From the NCBI GenBank assembly GCA_963828255.1, contig CAWHDZ010000018.1:1-64000 (forward strand): a stretch of DNA of 64,000 bases, read 5' to 3'. The DNA is from an uncultured delta proteobacterium. GTDB taxonomy: Bacteria > Myxococcota > Myxococcia > Myxococcales > Anaeromyxobacteraceae. Shown here one piece after another: positions 63,571 to 64,000 of the stretch (the first letter of the stretch is position 1; each line of letters starts with the position of its first letter). A program made the position numbers and the translations under genes. The notes beneath the pieces are model-generated. The model was not told where the DNA came from and made no database searches. It saw only the letters and a list, made by a program, of their open reading frames with translations.

Positions 63571-64000
63571 CCGCGGCGCGCACGTAGCCGGGATCGAGCG
63601 CGAGGGCGCGCAGCAGCGCCGTTTCCGCCTCGGGGATCCGGCAGCGCGCGGCCAGCGCGAAGCCCAGGTTGCCGTGGGCGCGCGCGCCGTGCGGCGCCTT
63701 CCGGATCACGTCCTCCCAGAACCGGACCTCGTCGGCGTAGACCAGGCTGCGAGCGGCCGTCGCGACGCCGAGGGCGATGGCCAGCGCCGCCACGGCGGCC
63801 CGGCGCACCCCGCCCGCCGCGACCCAGGGGGAGAGCCAGAGCCCGGCGATCCAGGCTGGCCCGGCGAGCGACAGGTAGAGTTGCCGCTCGCTGGCCGGGT
63901 CGGGGCGGGGCAGCCACCAGCCGGTGGGCGGGAGCCAGAGGAGGAACCAGAGGACCCCGAAGGCCAGGGCGGGGCGGCGGCGGAGGGAGAAGAGCGCCCA
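63485..64000 (-). CDS. C-terminal part of a second TMTC-like/TPR membrane protein (runs off the right edge)
   Basis: Open from the window edge: ALAFGVLWFLLWLPPT...SERQLYLSLAG...FWEDVIRKAPHGARAHGNLG, similar to the 28273-30159 protein. Confidence 0.75.
   Translation of the reverse strand, partial: WALFSLRRRPALAFGVLWFLLWLPPTGWWLPRPDPASERQLYLSLAGPAWIAGLWLSPWVAAGGVRRAAVAALAIALGVATAARSLVYADEVRFWEDVIRKAPHGARAHGNLGFALAARCRIPEAETALLRALALDPGYVRAAVNLRLLREGAPLSPGEPRCPPRERPPPP

Overview
Very GC-rich chromosomal segment, most likely from an Anaeromyxobacter-like Myxococcota bacterium. This is inferred from the MYXO-CTERM-type protein, the alternative complex III genes, the Hanks kinase and the overall gene content. 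Most of the window is housekeeping: actA/actB (partial), an ECF sigma factor fused to a zinc anti-sigma domain, aat, clpS-clpA, hrpB, sucA-sucB, a rubrerythrin/Fe-S oxidoreductase/DUF3501 operon, a pilT operon, a MacAB-like exporter, tdh-kbl, uppS-cdsA-dxr-rseP-tsaB plus an asd-like gene, aspartokinase, a Gld-like ABC system, rpoZ and groES-groEL. I found no rRNA, tRNA, CRISPR array, integrase or transposase. The main unexplained signals are: (1) a ~590-bp non-coding imperfect palindrome at 5222-5812, built from nested inverted-repeat units, with a mini-copy at 11303-11370; (2) a non-prophage gene pair resembling a DnaD/DnaB-domain protein plus a Zn-ribbon DnaI/DnaC-type helicase loader (50807-52331); (3) decayed relics of an HNH endonuclease and an antitoxin; (4) several likely pseudo-enzymes (Asd without the catalytic Cys, divergent Lgt, MCP without the signalling tip); (5) regulatory motifs (FNR-like, OxyR-like, tandem CIRCE, sigma54) and many apparently leaderless promoters. 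Three genes carry single-base deletions in G/C runs, which are probably assembly errors. All family calls come from motif recognition by eye; no database search was run.
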